From Clostridiales bacterium (GTDB lineage Bacteria > Bacillota > Clostridia > Monoglobales > JAIRYP01), in NCBI GenBank assembly GCA_031267755.1, contig JAIRYP010000002.1, positions 6,306-70,305 on the forward strand: a stretch of DNA of 64,000 bases, written 5' to 3'. The notes beneath the pieces are model-generated. The model saw nothing but the letters and a program-made list of their open reading frames with translations, did not search any database and had not been told where the DNA came from. Of the stretch, positions 21,259-31,422 are shown in pieces. The position numbers and the translations under genes were made by a program. Positions within the stretch are counted from its first letter, which is position 1. Each line of letters begins with the position of its first letter.

Positions 21259-22116
21259 TTAAAACTTCTCACCTTTTTCAAATCTAGCAAATGATTTTAT
21301 ATAAATTTTGGTTCCAATTTTTTTGGAAACTTCTTCGATATATTGAAAAACACTTTCGGTTTGATTCTTTATATATGGCTGCTCCAGCAAACAAATTTCT
21401 TTATAATACTTTTGCACTCTTCCGTTTAGCATTTTTTCAACTATCGCTTCACTCTTACCTTCGTTCAAAGCCTGATTTTTTAAAATTTTCTTTTCATTCT
21501 CTAGTATCTCGTGCGGAACATCTTCTTTCTTTATATAAAGTGGGTTTGACGCAACAACTTGCATGCATATATTTTTCGAAAATTCTTTAAATTTCTGTAT
21601 TTTAGATTTTTCAACATCATCTAAATCAAAATTTATTAAAACACCCAAACGACCTTCACCGTGAATATAAAAATCATTTATTCCCTCAAAAACCTTAAAA
21701 CGACGAACAACTATATTCTCGCCAACTTTTGAAATAAGCTCAGTTAATGATTCAAAAATCGTTCGACCATTTTCATAACTTAAATTTAATAAACTATCCA
21801 AATTACTTGGCTTTTTTTCTATTATACAATTTAAAACTTTCAACACAAAATTTTCAAAACAAGAGTTCCTTGCAGCAAAATCCGTTTCAGAATTGACCTC
21901 AAGAATACATCCAAAACTTTCTGAAACTTTAGCACACACTACTCCTTCAACTGCAATTCTTCCTGATTTTTTTTCAGCCGTTGCAAGACCTTTTTCCCTT
22001 AAAATTTTAACAGCAAGATCCTTATCACCTCCAGCCTCAACAAGTGCATCTTTGCAAGCCATTATTCCGCAATTAGTAATTAATCTTAATTCTTTCACCT
22101 TCTCTGAAGAAATCAA
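21259..22116 (-). CDS. tsf: elongation factor Ts
   Basis: VKELR..T..GIMACK, NSETDF and GENIVVRRF motifs. Start moved to TTG at 22116. Confidence 0.96.
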   Translation of the reverse strand: MISSEKVKELRLITNCGIMACKDALVEAGGDKDLAVKILREKGLATAEKKSGRIAVEGVVCAKVSESFGCILEVNSETDFAARNSCFENFVLKVLNCIIEKKPSNLDSLLNLSYENGRTIFESLTELISKVGENIVVRRFKVFEGINDFYIHGEGRLGVLINFDLDDVEKSKIQKFKEFSKNICMQVVASNPLYIKKEDVPHEILENEKKILKNQALNEGKSEAIVEKMLNGRVQKYYKEICLLEQPYIKNQTESVFQYIEEVSKKIGTKIYIKSFARFEKGEKF

Positions 22117-22186
22117 AACAATACCTACTTTCAAAAAAATAAAAAGCACATAAAATAATAATTAAAAATAAATTAATATAGAAAAA

Positions 22187-23035
22187 CTAAGAAATGCCAT
22201 CTACTTGTTTTGGTAACACAACGGGCTCTATTACAACCTCTTCGCGCTTCTCACAATCGTTTTGAACATCTTTAATTACGACAACCTCGTTTTCGGTTTT
22301 CGAAGCATCTTTTAAAATAACATTTTCAGTAAAGATAATTTCATCGGTTTGCTTGCCTTGCTTGGCTTCCAAAATTGCGCTTCCCATCACCGATACAATA
22401 AACTTAACCGAACGAATTGCATCATCATTCCCCGGAATTATATAATCAACATCATCGGGATCACAATTTGTGTCAATTATCCCAACGATCGGAATCCCAA
22501 GTTTTCGCGCTTCCAAAATTGTATTTTTCTCTTTTTTGGGATCGACAACAAAAATAGCATCAGGCAATTTTTTCATCAACTTAATTCCGCCCAAAAATTT
22601 TTCAAGCCTCGACTTCTCAAGCATTAACTTGATAACTTCTTTCTTCGTTAGAAGCGTCATCGTTCCACTACTTTCCATTTCCTCAAGTTGATACAACCTT
22701 CCAATTCTTTTTCTTATTGTCTTAAAATTTGTAAGCATTCCGCCAAGCCATCTAACATTTACAAAATGCGCACCAGTTTTCACGGCCTCTTCCCGTATTG
22801 CTTCTTGGGCTTGCTTTTTAGTACCAACAAAAAGAATTTCTCCACCCTTTGAAACTGTATTAAAAATAAATTTATGTGCTTCATCAATTTTTCTTGCGGT
22901 CTTTTGAAGATCAATTATATATATGCCGTTTCTCACTGTAAAAATATAAGCTGCCATTTTTGGATTCCAACGCCTAGTTTGATGTCCAAAATGCACACCG
23001 GCTTCAAGTAATTGTTTCATTTGAACTATACTCAT
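22187..23035 (-). CDS. rpsB: 30S ribosomal protein S2
   Basis: [19 protein letters not shown] and PGNDDAIRS motifs. Confidence 0.98.
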   Translation of the reverse strand: MSIVQMKQLLEAGVHFGHQTRRWNPKMAAYIFTVRNGIYIIDLQKTARKIDEAHKFIFNTVSKGGEILFVGTKKQAQEAIREEAVKTGAHFVNVRWLGGMLTNFKTIRKRIGRLYQLEEMESSGTMTLLTKKEVIKLMLEKSRLEKFLGGIKLMKKLPDAIFVVDPKKEKNTILEARKLGIPIVGIIDTNCDPDDVDYIIPGNDDAIRSVKFIVSVMGSAILEAKQGKQTDEIIFTENVILKDASKTENEVVVIKDVQNDCEKREEVVIEPVVLPKQVDGIS

Positions 23036-23059
23036 TTATATATTCCACACCCTTTGCAG

Positions 23060-23135
23060 TTTAAACTTCCAGCACATTCAACTTTGTGAAGAAACAATTT
23101 CTTGCCACTACTTCACAAATCCTGTGATGTGTTTT
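23060..23135 (-). promoter_or_regulatory. rpsB leader RNA structure (t44/S2 leader-like)
   Basis: Perfect 9-bp stem tttgtgaag (23083-91) / cttcacaaa (23111-19), enclosed by cacat..atgtg pairing, directly 5' of rpsB. Confidence 0.65.
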
Positions 23136-23236
23136 TTATAATATATACTCTTCCTTATTAAAATTTGCAACAAAATTTTATTTTACAATTTTAAAAGTAT
23201 AATAGCTCTGATTTTTAAACAAAGGATAAAATTATA

Positions 23237-24562
23237 ATGTGCCATTTTAAAAAAGTTTATTTTATAAATTTCGGATGTAAAACAAATTTTTACGAAACAA
23301 GTGCAATTATTGATATTTTTATGAAAAATGACTATGAAATTTCAAACAAAAATAATTATGAAATATGCGTTATAAATACCTGTTCAGTCACTGAATTAAG
23401 CGCTTTTAAATGTATACAAAAAATAAGAAAAGAAAAAAGAAGAAATCCATATTCAATTTTAGCAGTTGTTGGTTGTTTGCCACAGACCAATCTTGAAAAA
23501 ATAAATAAAATGCCTGAAATCGACATTATTTTAGGAACATCAAATAAATATAAAATACTAGAAAAAATCGAAGAATTTTCCTATAATAACAATTTTAAAA
23601 ATAAAACAAAAAAAATTATTGAAGTTAATAGCGTTTCCAAAATAAAAGATTATGAAGAGTTAAATGTTTTAGGAACCCAAAAAAGAACTCGCGCAAACAT
23701 TAAAATACAGGAAGGATGCAACAATTTTTGCACATATTGCATAATTCCCAAAGCTAGAGGACCATCGAGAAGCAGAAAAAACGAAAATATATTGAAAGAA
23801 ATTACAAAATTTATCGAAAACGATTATAAAGAAATCGTTTTAACTGGAACTCATATAAGCTCATATGGAGAAAACTTTAAAAATAAAAACACTAGTTTGA
23901 TAAACATTTTAGAACAAATAGAAAAATATACTAAAATTGAACGCGTTAGACTCAGCTCGCTTGAACCAAACATAATAACTGATGACTTTATATTAAGAAT
24001 TAAAAAACTTAAAAATTTGTGTCCACATTTTCATTTATCACTTCAAAGTGGTTGCGATGAAACACTCAAAAGAATGGGAAGAAAATATACAACTTATGAA
24101 TATGAAAAAATTGTTCAAAAGCTTCGTGAAAAAATAAAAGATGTCGCCATTACAACAGACATTATCGTTGGCTTCCCGGGAGAAGACAAAAACGAATTTG
24201 ATAAAAGTTATAATTTTGTTAAAAAAATTAGATTTGCCAGAATTCACGTTTTCAAATATTCAAAAAGAAACGGTACCAAAGCTTTTAATATGCCAAATCA
24301 TATTGACGAAAAAGAAAAAGTTATACGTTCTAAAAAATTTATTCTGTTATCAAGTGAAATGAGAAAAGAATTTTATGAGAGATATATAGGAAAAAATATT
24401 AAAATTCTAATTGAAAAAAAAATAAAAGAAGAAACATACTTTGGAAATTCAAAAAATTATCTAGGAATAATTATTAAAAGCAAAGAAAATATAAAAAATA
24501 AAATAGTCACAGCAAAGACAACCAAATTTGATGGCCTTCATTTGATCGGAGACTTAATTTAA
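23237..24562 (+). CDS. mtaB: tRNA t6A37 methylthiotransferase MtaB
   Basis: GCKTN.YE, NTCSVT, QEGCNNFCTYC, SLQSG and HVFKYS motifs. Confidence 0.9.
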   Translation: MCHFKKVYFINFGCKTNFYETSAIIDIFMKNDYEISNKNNYEICVINTCSVTELSAFKCIQKIRKEKRRNPYSILAVVGCLPQTNLEKINKMPEIDIILGTSNKYKILEKIEEFSYNNNFKNKTKKIIEVNSVSKIKDYEELNVLGTQKRTRANIKIQEGCNNFCTYCIIPKARGPSRSRKNENILKEITKFIENDYKEIVLTGTHISSYGENFKNKNTSLINILEQIEKYTKIERVRLSSLEPNIITDDFILRIKKLKNLCPHFHLSLQSGCDETLKRMGRKYTTYEYEKIVQKLREKIKDVAITTDIIVGFPGEDKNEFDKSYNFVKKIRFARIHVFKYSKRNGTKAFNMPNHIDEKEKVIRSKKFILLSSEMRKEFYERYIGKNIKILIEKKIKEETYFGNSKNYLGIIIKSKENIKNKIVTAKTTKFDGLHLIGDLI

Positions 24563-24753
24563 ATTAATATCATTTTTTATAAAGTTATATTCACTAGAAT
24601 TTTAACTTTCAATTTCGAGTTATTTCGATTTGAAAAACAAAAAATTGAACAAATGTCATAAAAATTTTTAAATGCTCAATTTTTTGAAATCATATTATGT
24701 TTTAATTGCATTTTTATAATATATTTTAAACAGTTATACTGGAGTGATTTAAT

Positions 24754-26037
24754 ATGAATAAATTATCAATAATTGGAAAATCAAAGCTTTTAGGGGAAGT
24801 ATGTATTAGCGGGGCAAAAAACTCGGCAGTTGGAATAATTCCAGCAACCATATTGGTTGACGGAAACTGTAGAATTGAAAATGTTCCTAAAATAAATGAT
24901 GTAAATAACATCGCTAACGTATTAACACATATCGAAGCAAAAATAAACTTTGAAGATAACAATATTGTTAACATAAATAGTTCGTGTGCCAAAAACTTTA
25001 ATGCACCGTATGACATGGTAAGAAAAACACGAGCATCAACATATTTTATGGGGGCGCTTCTCGGTCGCTTCAAAGAATTTAATATCGGCTTTCCAGGCGG
25101 ATGTGATTTTGGAGTAAGGCCGATAGACCAACACATCAAAGGCTTTGAATCGCTTGGAGCAAAGGTTGTAATTGAAAGAGGCAATATAATTGCAAAAGCA
25201 AAAAAACTAAAAGGTGCAGTAATTTATTTAGATGTTGTATCGGTAGGCGCAACGATAAATATTATTCTTGCCGCAACCAAAGCTGAAGGCATAACCGTAA
25301 TCGAAAATGCTGCCAAAGAACCTCACGTTGTTGATATTGCAAACTTTTTAAATACAATGGGTGGCGATATCAGAGGTGCTGGAACAGATATTATAAAGAT
25401 TAAAGGTACAGAATATTTAGGTGGCGGAACGTATTCAATAATTCCAGATCAAATAGAGGCGGGAACTTTTATGATTGCCGCTGCCGCTACAAATGGAAAT
25501 ATTACGATTAAAAATATAATACCAAAACACCTTGAATCAATTACCGCAAAACTTGTAGAAATCGGTGCAAACGTTGAAGAAATGACAGATTCTATAAAAA
25601 TTTCAATGAATTCAAGAGCGAATAGAACGAATATAAAAACTTTACCATACCCGGGATTTCCAACCGATCTTCAACCTCAAATTTTAACAATGATGACAAC
25701 CGCGAAGGGGGCTAGTATAATCAACGAAGGAGTTTGGGATAATCGTTTTGGATATATTGATGAACTCAGAAAAATGGGTGCAAATATAAGCACCGAAGGA
25801 AGAATTGCGGTGGTTGAGGGCATAAAAGAGCTATCGGGTTCTCCCGTTCGTGCTCCAGATTTAAGGGGGGGCGCCGCTCTCGTCATAGCCGGCTTAATCG
25901 CAAACGGCGTAACTAAAATTTACAATTCCGAACTTATAGATAGAGGATATGAAGGTTTTGAAAAAAAACTTAAAAACCTAGGCGCTCAGATTGTAAAAAT
26001 ATCTCAAGAAGAAACGATCTTTGAAGAAATAATTTAA
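24754..26037 (+). CDS. murA: UDP-N-acetylglucosamine 1-carboxyvinyltransferase
   Basis: GAKNS, PGGCDFGVRPID and PGFPTDLQ motifs. Confidence 0.96.
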   Translation: MNKLSIIGKSKLLGEVCISGAKNSAVGIIPATILVDGNCRIENVPKINDVNNIANVLTHIEAKINFEDNNIVNINSSCAKNFNAPYDMVRKTRASTYFMGALLGRFKEFNIGFPGGCDFGVRPIDQHIKGFESLGAKVVIERGNIIAKAKKLKGAVIYLDVVSVGATINIILAATKAEGITVIENAAKEPHVVDIANFLNTMGGDIRGAGTDIIKIKGTEYLGGGTYSIIPDQIEAGTFMIAAAATNGNITIKNIIPKHLESITAKLVEIGANVEEMTDSIKISMNSRANRTNIKTLPYPGFPTDLQPQILTMMTTAKGASIINEGVWDNRFGYIDELRKMGANISTEGRIAVVEGIKELSGSPVRAPDLRGGAALVIAGLIANGVTKIYNSELIDRGYEGFEKKLKNLGAQIVKISQEETIFEEII

Positions 26038-26159
26038 AAAACAACCCTTTAATTGCATTAGTTAAATTAATGCTAAAATATTTTAAACATTCTCATATGC
26101 TTCACAAACAAAATTACATAGACTTTCGATACATTAATACTCATTACATAACAATAAAA

Positions 26160-27005
26160 TCAAAACTTATAAATACAATTATTAACATATTTTTCGATTT
26201 TGTTTATTGCAAAATAAAAAAATAAAGCAAGCAACGACAAAGCCGCAATTCCAGTAATTATCAAATTTATCTTAAAGGTTTGTCCGCCGTACACAATTAA
26301 ATAACCTATACCCCCTTTGGACACCAAAAATTCACCCGTTATAACACCAATCAAAGACATTCCAATATTAATTTTAAGTGTTGACATTATATTAGGAATA
26401 TTTATAGGCAGTACTACATTTTTTAAAATTTGCATTTTACTTGCTCCAAAAGTTTTCATCAATAATATTTTATTTCTATCTACTTTTTTGAATCCCAAAG
26501 TGACATTTATAATTACATTTATCACCGAAATCAAAAGCGACATCACAATAATTGATTTCATTCCTGCGCCAACCCACACTATTATCATGGGCCCAAGCGC
26601 AATCTTGGGTAACGCATTTAAAATTATTAAATATGGTCTACATACCTTCTCAAAAACCTTAAACCACCATAAAAATATAGATATTAAAACCCCTAAAAAA
26701 CTCCCTAATAAAAAAGTAACCAAAACTTCAAAAAAAGTTATAAAAATATTGTTCCACAGTTGATTGCTTTTGTGTAAATTTATAAAAGTTTTAACCACTT
26801 CATAAGACGAACTTGCTACAAAAGAATCTATCAAACAAAAACGCACCGCTAATTCCCAAACAAACAAAAACAACAAAAAAAGTGATATTTGAAAAATCGA
26901 TATAAATTTTTCTTCCTTTTTAATTTTTTTTAAAAAAGCAATATGTTCTTTGGAGAAGTTTTCAAAATTATTTTTTTTACTCAATTTCCATCTACTTCTT
27001 TCCAT
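26160..27005 (-). CDS. NitT/TauT-family ABC permease
   Basis: LPKIALGP, GEFL and GIGYLI motifs; TM pattern. Confidence 0.88.
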   Translation of the reverse strand: MERSRWKLSKKNNFENFSKEHIAFLKKIKKEEKFISIFQISLFLLFLFVWELAVRFCLIDSFVASSSYEVVKTFINLHKSNQLWNNIFITFFEVLVTFLLGSFLGVLISIFLWWFKVFEKVCRPYLIILNALPKIALGPMIIVWVGAGMKSIIVMSLLISVINVIINVTLGFKKVDRNKILLMKTFGASKMQILKNVVLPINIPNIMSTLKINIGMSLIGVITGEFLVSKGGIGYLIVYGGQTFKINLIITGIAALSLLALFFYFAINKIEKYVNNCIYKF

Positions 27006-27742
27006 AAGATTTCCAAATAACTGCTAAAATTCTTGTCTTTTCTTTTTTGAATAGAATTTTCCCCCGAAACTTCCAATTTTAAAATATTTTTAATTTTTCC
27101 TGGCTTGTTGGAAATTACCACCACTCTATCCGATAAACAAATCGCTTCATTTAAATCGTGAGTAATCAATATTACGGTTTTGTTTTCCTTTTTTATAATA
27201 TATTTTATTTCATCAGAAATTGTTGTTCTGGCTTGAAAATCTAAAGCAGAAAAAGGTTCGTCAAGAAATAAAATTTCAGGCTTAAGTGCAAGACTGCGAA
27301 TAAGCGCAACCTTTTGCTTCATACCCCCTGAAAGTTGATGCGGATAATAATTCAAAAATTTGTAAAGTCCATATTTATTTAAAAGCTCCAAAGCATAATC
27401 TTCGTTTTCTTTATTAAGTAATCTTCTTATTTCCAAACCAAGTAGCACATTATTTTTAACGGTGCGCCACTCTAGCAAATGATCGCTCTGCAACATATAA
27501 CCTACCAAGGAATTAAAGCCTTGCACTAATTCTCCATTTATAAAAACCTCACCCGAACTTGCCTGAATAAGACCTGCCAAAATAGAAAGCAAGGTGCTTT
27601 TTCCGCATCCGCTTGGCCCTACAATTGTTAAAAATTCCTTATCATAAACATCAAAACTAATGTCTTCAATTGCAATATTTTCATTTTTTAAACTATAATA
27701 AACTTTTGAGATGTTTCTTGCTTCTATAATTTTTTTGATCAT
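26981..27742 (-). CDS. NitT/TauT-family ABC ATPase
   Basis: GPSGCGKST, LSGGM and LDEPFSALD motifs. Confidence 0.92.
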   Translation of the reverse strand: MIKKIIEARNISKVYYSLKNENIAIEDISFDVYDKEFLTIVGPSGCGKSTLLSILAGLIQASSGEVFINGELVQGFNSLVGYMLQSDHLLEWRTVKNNVLLGLEIRRLLNKENEDYALELLNKYGLYKFLNYYPHQLSGGMKQKVALIRSLALKPEILFLDEPFSALDFQARTTISDEIKYIIKKENKTVILITHDLNEAICLSDRVVVISNKPGKIKNILKLEVSGENSIQKRKDKNFSSYLEILWKEVDGN

Positions 27743-28794
27743 TTTTTAATATCTCTACAGTCTAAACCCTCTATATATTTTGTTGAAACTGCAGCATAAT
27801 CATTTTTAAACACATCAGTTAAATCCATTTTTTCTTCTATTTCCTCAGAATTTATTATAACTTCTTGAAGAAAATCAATATTTTTTTCATCAATCACCGG
27901 TGTAGTTGACCATACATCAATTTCTTTATATTTTTCTATTGAATCAGTTAAAGTTTCAAGATTAGAACACGCAAAGTAAGGCGAAACAACCTTCGCAATA
28001 TCTTCAGAAGAATTTTCATTTACCCAAATTTGAGCCCTATAAATAGCATTTGTAAATTTTTGTAATGTTTCACTTTCTGAGACAAAAAAATCTTTGCTTG
28101 AACAATATACAGTATAAGGAATTTCATGTAATTGAGCGCCTATCGACCCAAGCACTTTGGAGTTTGATTGTAGCGCAAGCTCATTTGCTGTAGGTTCAAA
28201 TAACGCAACATAATCACCTTCGCCAGATAAATACGCAGCACCCATCGCATCAAACTTAATATTATCGACAACTTCAGCTTTAATATTATTTTGATCCATA
28301 ACATATTTAAAAGACATCTGAGGTAATCCACTTTTTCTTCCTGAAATTATTTTTTTGCCGTTTAAATTTTTCCAGTAAAAATCTTCATCTCTTCCAACTA
28401 TAAAACTTCCGTCTCTTTTTGTAAGCCCAGCAAACGCTACAGCATAATTCTTTTTGCCTTCTTTATATACATATATTAAAGATTCTCCACCAAGTAATGC
28501 TATATCGCTTTGCCCAGAAATAAGTGTTGTCATTGTTTGATCGGAACCCGAACTGGTAGACAATTCAACATTTAATCCTTCAGATTTAAAAAAATCAAGT
28601 TCAATTGCCGCATACTGAGGGCAATAAAACACAGAACGCGTAACTTCACTTAACCTAATCTTTTTTAAATCTGTTTTTTTGTTTCGATCGAACAAACGAA
28701 GAAAAATTACTACAAAAAAACAAATAGATACAAAAAAGCAAATAGAAATAAAAAGCAATGTTTTTTTGCGAATTCCACAAATTTTACAACTCAA
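27739..28794 (-). CDS. NitT/TauT-family ABC substrate-binding protein
   Basis: N-terminal TM anchor; EVTRSVFY.PQY and LFEP motifs. Confidence 0.85.
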   Translation of the reverse strand: MSCKICGIRKKTLLFISICFFVSICFFVVIFLRLFDRNKKTDLKKIRLSEVTRSVFYCPQYAAIELDFFKSEGLNVELSTSSGSDQTMTTLISGQSDIALLGGESLIYVYKEGKKNYAVAFAGLTKRDGSFIVGRDEDFYWKNLNGKKIISGRKSGLPQMSFKYVMDQNNIKAEVVDNIKFDAMGAAYLSGEGDYVALFEPTANELALQSNSKVLGSIGAQLHEIPYTVYCSSKDFFVSESETLQKFTNAIYRAQIWVNENSSEDIAKVVSPYFACSNLETLTDSIEKYKEIDVWSTTPVIDEKNIDFLQEVIINSEEIEEKMDLTDVFKNDYAAVSTKYIEGLDCRDIKK

Positions 28795-29043
28795 ATTTAC
28801 ACAACCTTTTCTCGATCGATTAAAATTTATTTACAAATCATAATATTAGCCAATTGTTTAAACGTTCAAAAAGCAAAACTTAATTTTGAAAATATTTATG
28901 AAAAATAATAAAATTTGATAAATTATCGATTTTGCATTTAGTTTGATAGAAATTAAAATTAATTTGAAATAAATAAAATAAAAAGAAATCAAAAATTTAA
29001 TATTGAGAATTTACAAAATTATATAAGTTTTAACAACCATTTG

Positions 29044-30114
29044 TTAATTTTCTGCCTTTAATTTTTCACTTTGATCGTACGCAATTAAAGTATCAATCAA
29101 TTCGTCCAAGTCTCCGTTCATTATGCTTTCGATTTTATAAAGCGTAAGATTAATTCTGTGATCAGTAACGCGACTTTGTGGAAAATTATATGTTCTGATT
29201 TTTTCACTTCTTTCGCCAGTTCCAACTTGCATTTTTCTATTTGAAGCTATTTTTTCACCCTGTTCTCTTTGTTTCATTTCATACAGCTTCGAACGAAGCA
29301 TTTTCATGGCGCAATCTCTGTTTTTGTGCTGCGATCTTTCCGCTTGACACGACACTACTATTCCAGATGGAACATGAGTAATTCTTATGGCAGATTCGGT
29401 TTTGTTCACATGCTGACCACCAGCACCGCTTGCCCTAAATGTATCAAATTCTAGATCATCAACATTTATATTAACCTCCACATCTTCTGCTTCCGGAAGA
29501 ACTGCAACAGTTACGGTCGAAGTGTGGATTCTACCATTCGTTTCGGTTTCGGGCACTCTTTGAACTCGATGAACTCCGCTTTCAAATTTAAGCTTGCTAT
29601 AAACATTTTTCCCCTTCAACAAAAACGAAACCTCTTTGATTCCTCCAATTCCAATTTCATTTAAATTCAAAATTTCAACAACCATTCTATTTTTCTCAGC
29701 GTACATGGAATACATTCTGAATAAAGCAGACACAAATAACGCCGCCTCATCTCCGCCGGTTCCACTTCTAATTTCAATTATAACGTTCTTTTCATCAACT
29801 ATATTTTTAGGAATAAGAAGTAGCTTAAGCTCAGAATTTAAAATCTCAATTTTATTTTCATATTCATTTATTTCTTTCTCGAGCATCACCTTGAACTCTT
29901 TATCAATATTTTTATCTTTTAAAAGTTCAGAAGACTTTTTAATATTATCAACAATAAATTCATATTCCTCATTTTTTTGCATTATCGGCGAAAGATCAGA
30001 ATACTCTTTGCAAAGTTTTTTCCACAAATCATTATCTGCAATAACTTCTGGATCACTTAGTTTATCGCTTAAATTTTTAAATCGCTCCTTGACAAAAGAA
30101 ATCTTCTCAAACAT
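29044..30114 (-). CDS. prfA: peptide chain release factor 1
   Basis: HRVQRVPET (PxT), GGQ and RTYNFPQ motifs. Confidence 0.97.
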   Translation of the reverse strand: MFEKISFVKERFKNLSDKLSDPEVIADNDLWKKLCKEYSDLSPIMQKNEEYEFIVDNIKKSSELLKDKNIDKEFKVMLEKEINEYENKIEILNSELKLLLIPKNIVDEKNVIIEIRSGTGGDEAALFVSALFRMYSMYAEKNRMVVEILNLNEIGIGGIKEVSFLLKGKNVYSKLKFESGVHRVQRVPETETNGRIHTSTVTVAVLPEAEDVEVNINVDDLEFDTFRASGAGGQHVNKTESAIRITHVPSGIVVSCQAERSQHKNRDCAMKMLRSKLYEMKQREQGEKIASNRKMQVGTGERSEKIRTYNFPQSRVTDHRINLTLYKIESIMNGDLDELIDTLIAYDQSEKLKAEN

Positions 30115-30183
30115 ATTTCCCTCTTTAAACTTTAAATTCTTTTATTGTTCGGCAAAAATTACAAAACGCCCAATCTAACAAAC

Positions 30184-31297
30184 TCAAATTTCTCCACGAC
30201 TTCTTGCTTTTAAATAAGAACTTATAAAACCATCTATTCTTCCGTCCATAACTGCTAAAACATTCCCTGTTTCGTAATTTGTTCTGTGATCCTTAACCAT
30301 GTTGTAAGGATGAAAAACATACGAACGAATCTGACTTCCAAAAGCATTATCTTTCTGAATTCCCCTTATATCTTTAATTTCGCTTTTATGTTCTCTTTCA
30401 GCAATTTCTATAAGCTTGGATTTCAATAATTTCATTGCCGTGTCTTTATTTTTATGTTGTGATCTTTCGTTCTGACAGCTCACCACAACTCCGGTTGGTT
30501 TGTGTGTAATTCTAACCGCAGACTCGGTTTTGTTTACGTGTTGACCACCAGCACCACTTGCTCTAAATGTATCAATTCTTAAATCGTCTGTTTTTATTTC
30601 TATTTTTAAGTTTTCATCAACTTCAGGCATAACATCAATCGAAGCAAAAGAGGTGTGGCGCCTTCCCGAGGCATCAAACGGTGATATTCGAACTAATCTG
30701 TGTACCCCCTTTTCACCCCTCAAATAACCATATGCATTCGTCCCTATAATCTCAATTGCTGCTGTTTTAATTCCTGCTTCAAAACCTGTGAGAAAATCAA
30801 AAATTTTAACATCAAATCCACACTTTTCAGCATAACGCATATACATGCGAAGCAGCATTTCACACCAATCTTGTGCTTCAGTGCCTCCGGCTCCCGAATG
30901 AAAAGTAAGTATTGCGTTATTTTTATCATATGTTCCCGATAAAAGCGTATCAAGTTTTATTTTATCTAGTTTATCGCGAAGATCATCATAACCTCTTTTT
31001 ATCTCATCATACAAACTCAAATCGTTTTCTTCATCTGCAAGCGAATTAATAAGGTATAAATCATCAAATTGAGAACATAAATTTTCATATCTACTAACTT
31101 TAGTTTTAAGGCTTTTTATATTTTGAAATATATTTGTCGATTTATTCAAATCTTTATAAAAATCTTCTTTGCAACTCTCATTTTCTAAATCTTTTATTTT
31201 TAAAACAGCTTTATCTATATCAAAGTGAATCCCTAAGTTCTATAATTTCTTTTTTTGCATTTTCAAGAATTATTTTAAACTCTTCAAATTCAATCAT
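30184..31297 (-). CDS. prfB: peptide chain release factor 2 (programmed +1 frameshift after codon 25)
   Basis: SPF and GGQ motifs. ATG at 31297 gives MIEFEEFKIILENAKKEIIELRDSL, then CTT TGA T; the +1 frame continues DIDKAVLKIKDLEN... into the track ORF. Confidence 0.96.
31219..31234 (-). promoter_or_regulatory. prfB autoregulatory frameshift site
   Basis: AGG GAT TCA CTT TGA T: internal SD-like sequence, slippery CTT T, in-frame UGA. Confidence 0.92.
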
Positions 31298-31353
31298 TTT
31301 AATCACCCTAAAATTTATTTTAAAACTTTTTCAAAAAAATTTCAAATTTTGTA

Positions 31354-31382
31354 TTGACAAAATAAATTTAAAATAGTTTAAT
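31354..31382 (+). promoter_or_regulatory. sigma-A-like promoter of orphan paralog A
   Basis: TTGACA-N17-TTTAAT, retained in the duplicate at 34001-34029. Confidence 0.65.
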
Positions 31383-31422
31383 AAACAAAACACAAAACAT
31401 TAAATTAACTAAGGAGAACAAA

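Noticed and set aside
24726-25184. 152-aa minus-strand ORF and the other short overlapping track ORFs
   Set aside because: Antisense or alternate-frame shadows of well-supported genes (here murA).
29330-30580. Near-identical GGQ regions in prfA and prfB suggesting gene conversion
   Set aside because: Multiple synonymous differences are visible, and this region is intrinsically conserved between RF1 and RF2.
31134-31376. Gap 5' of the track prfB ORF read as a pseudogene or a separate + strand ORF
   Set aside because: Explained by the programmed +1 frameshift of prfB.
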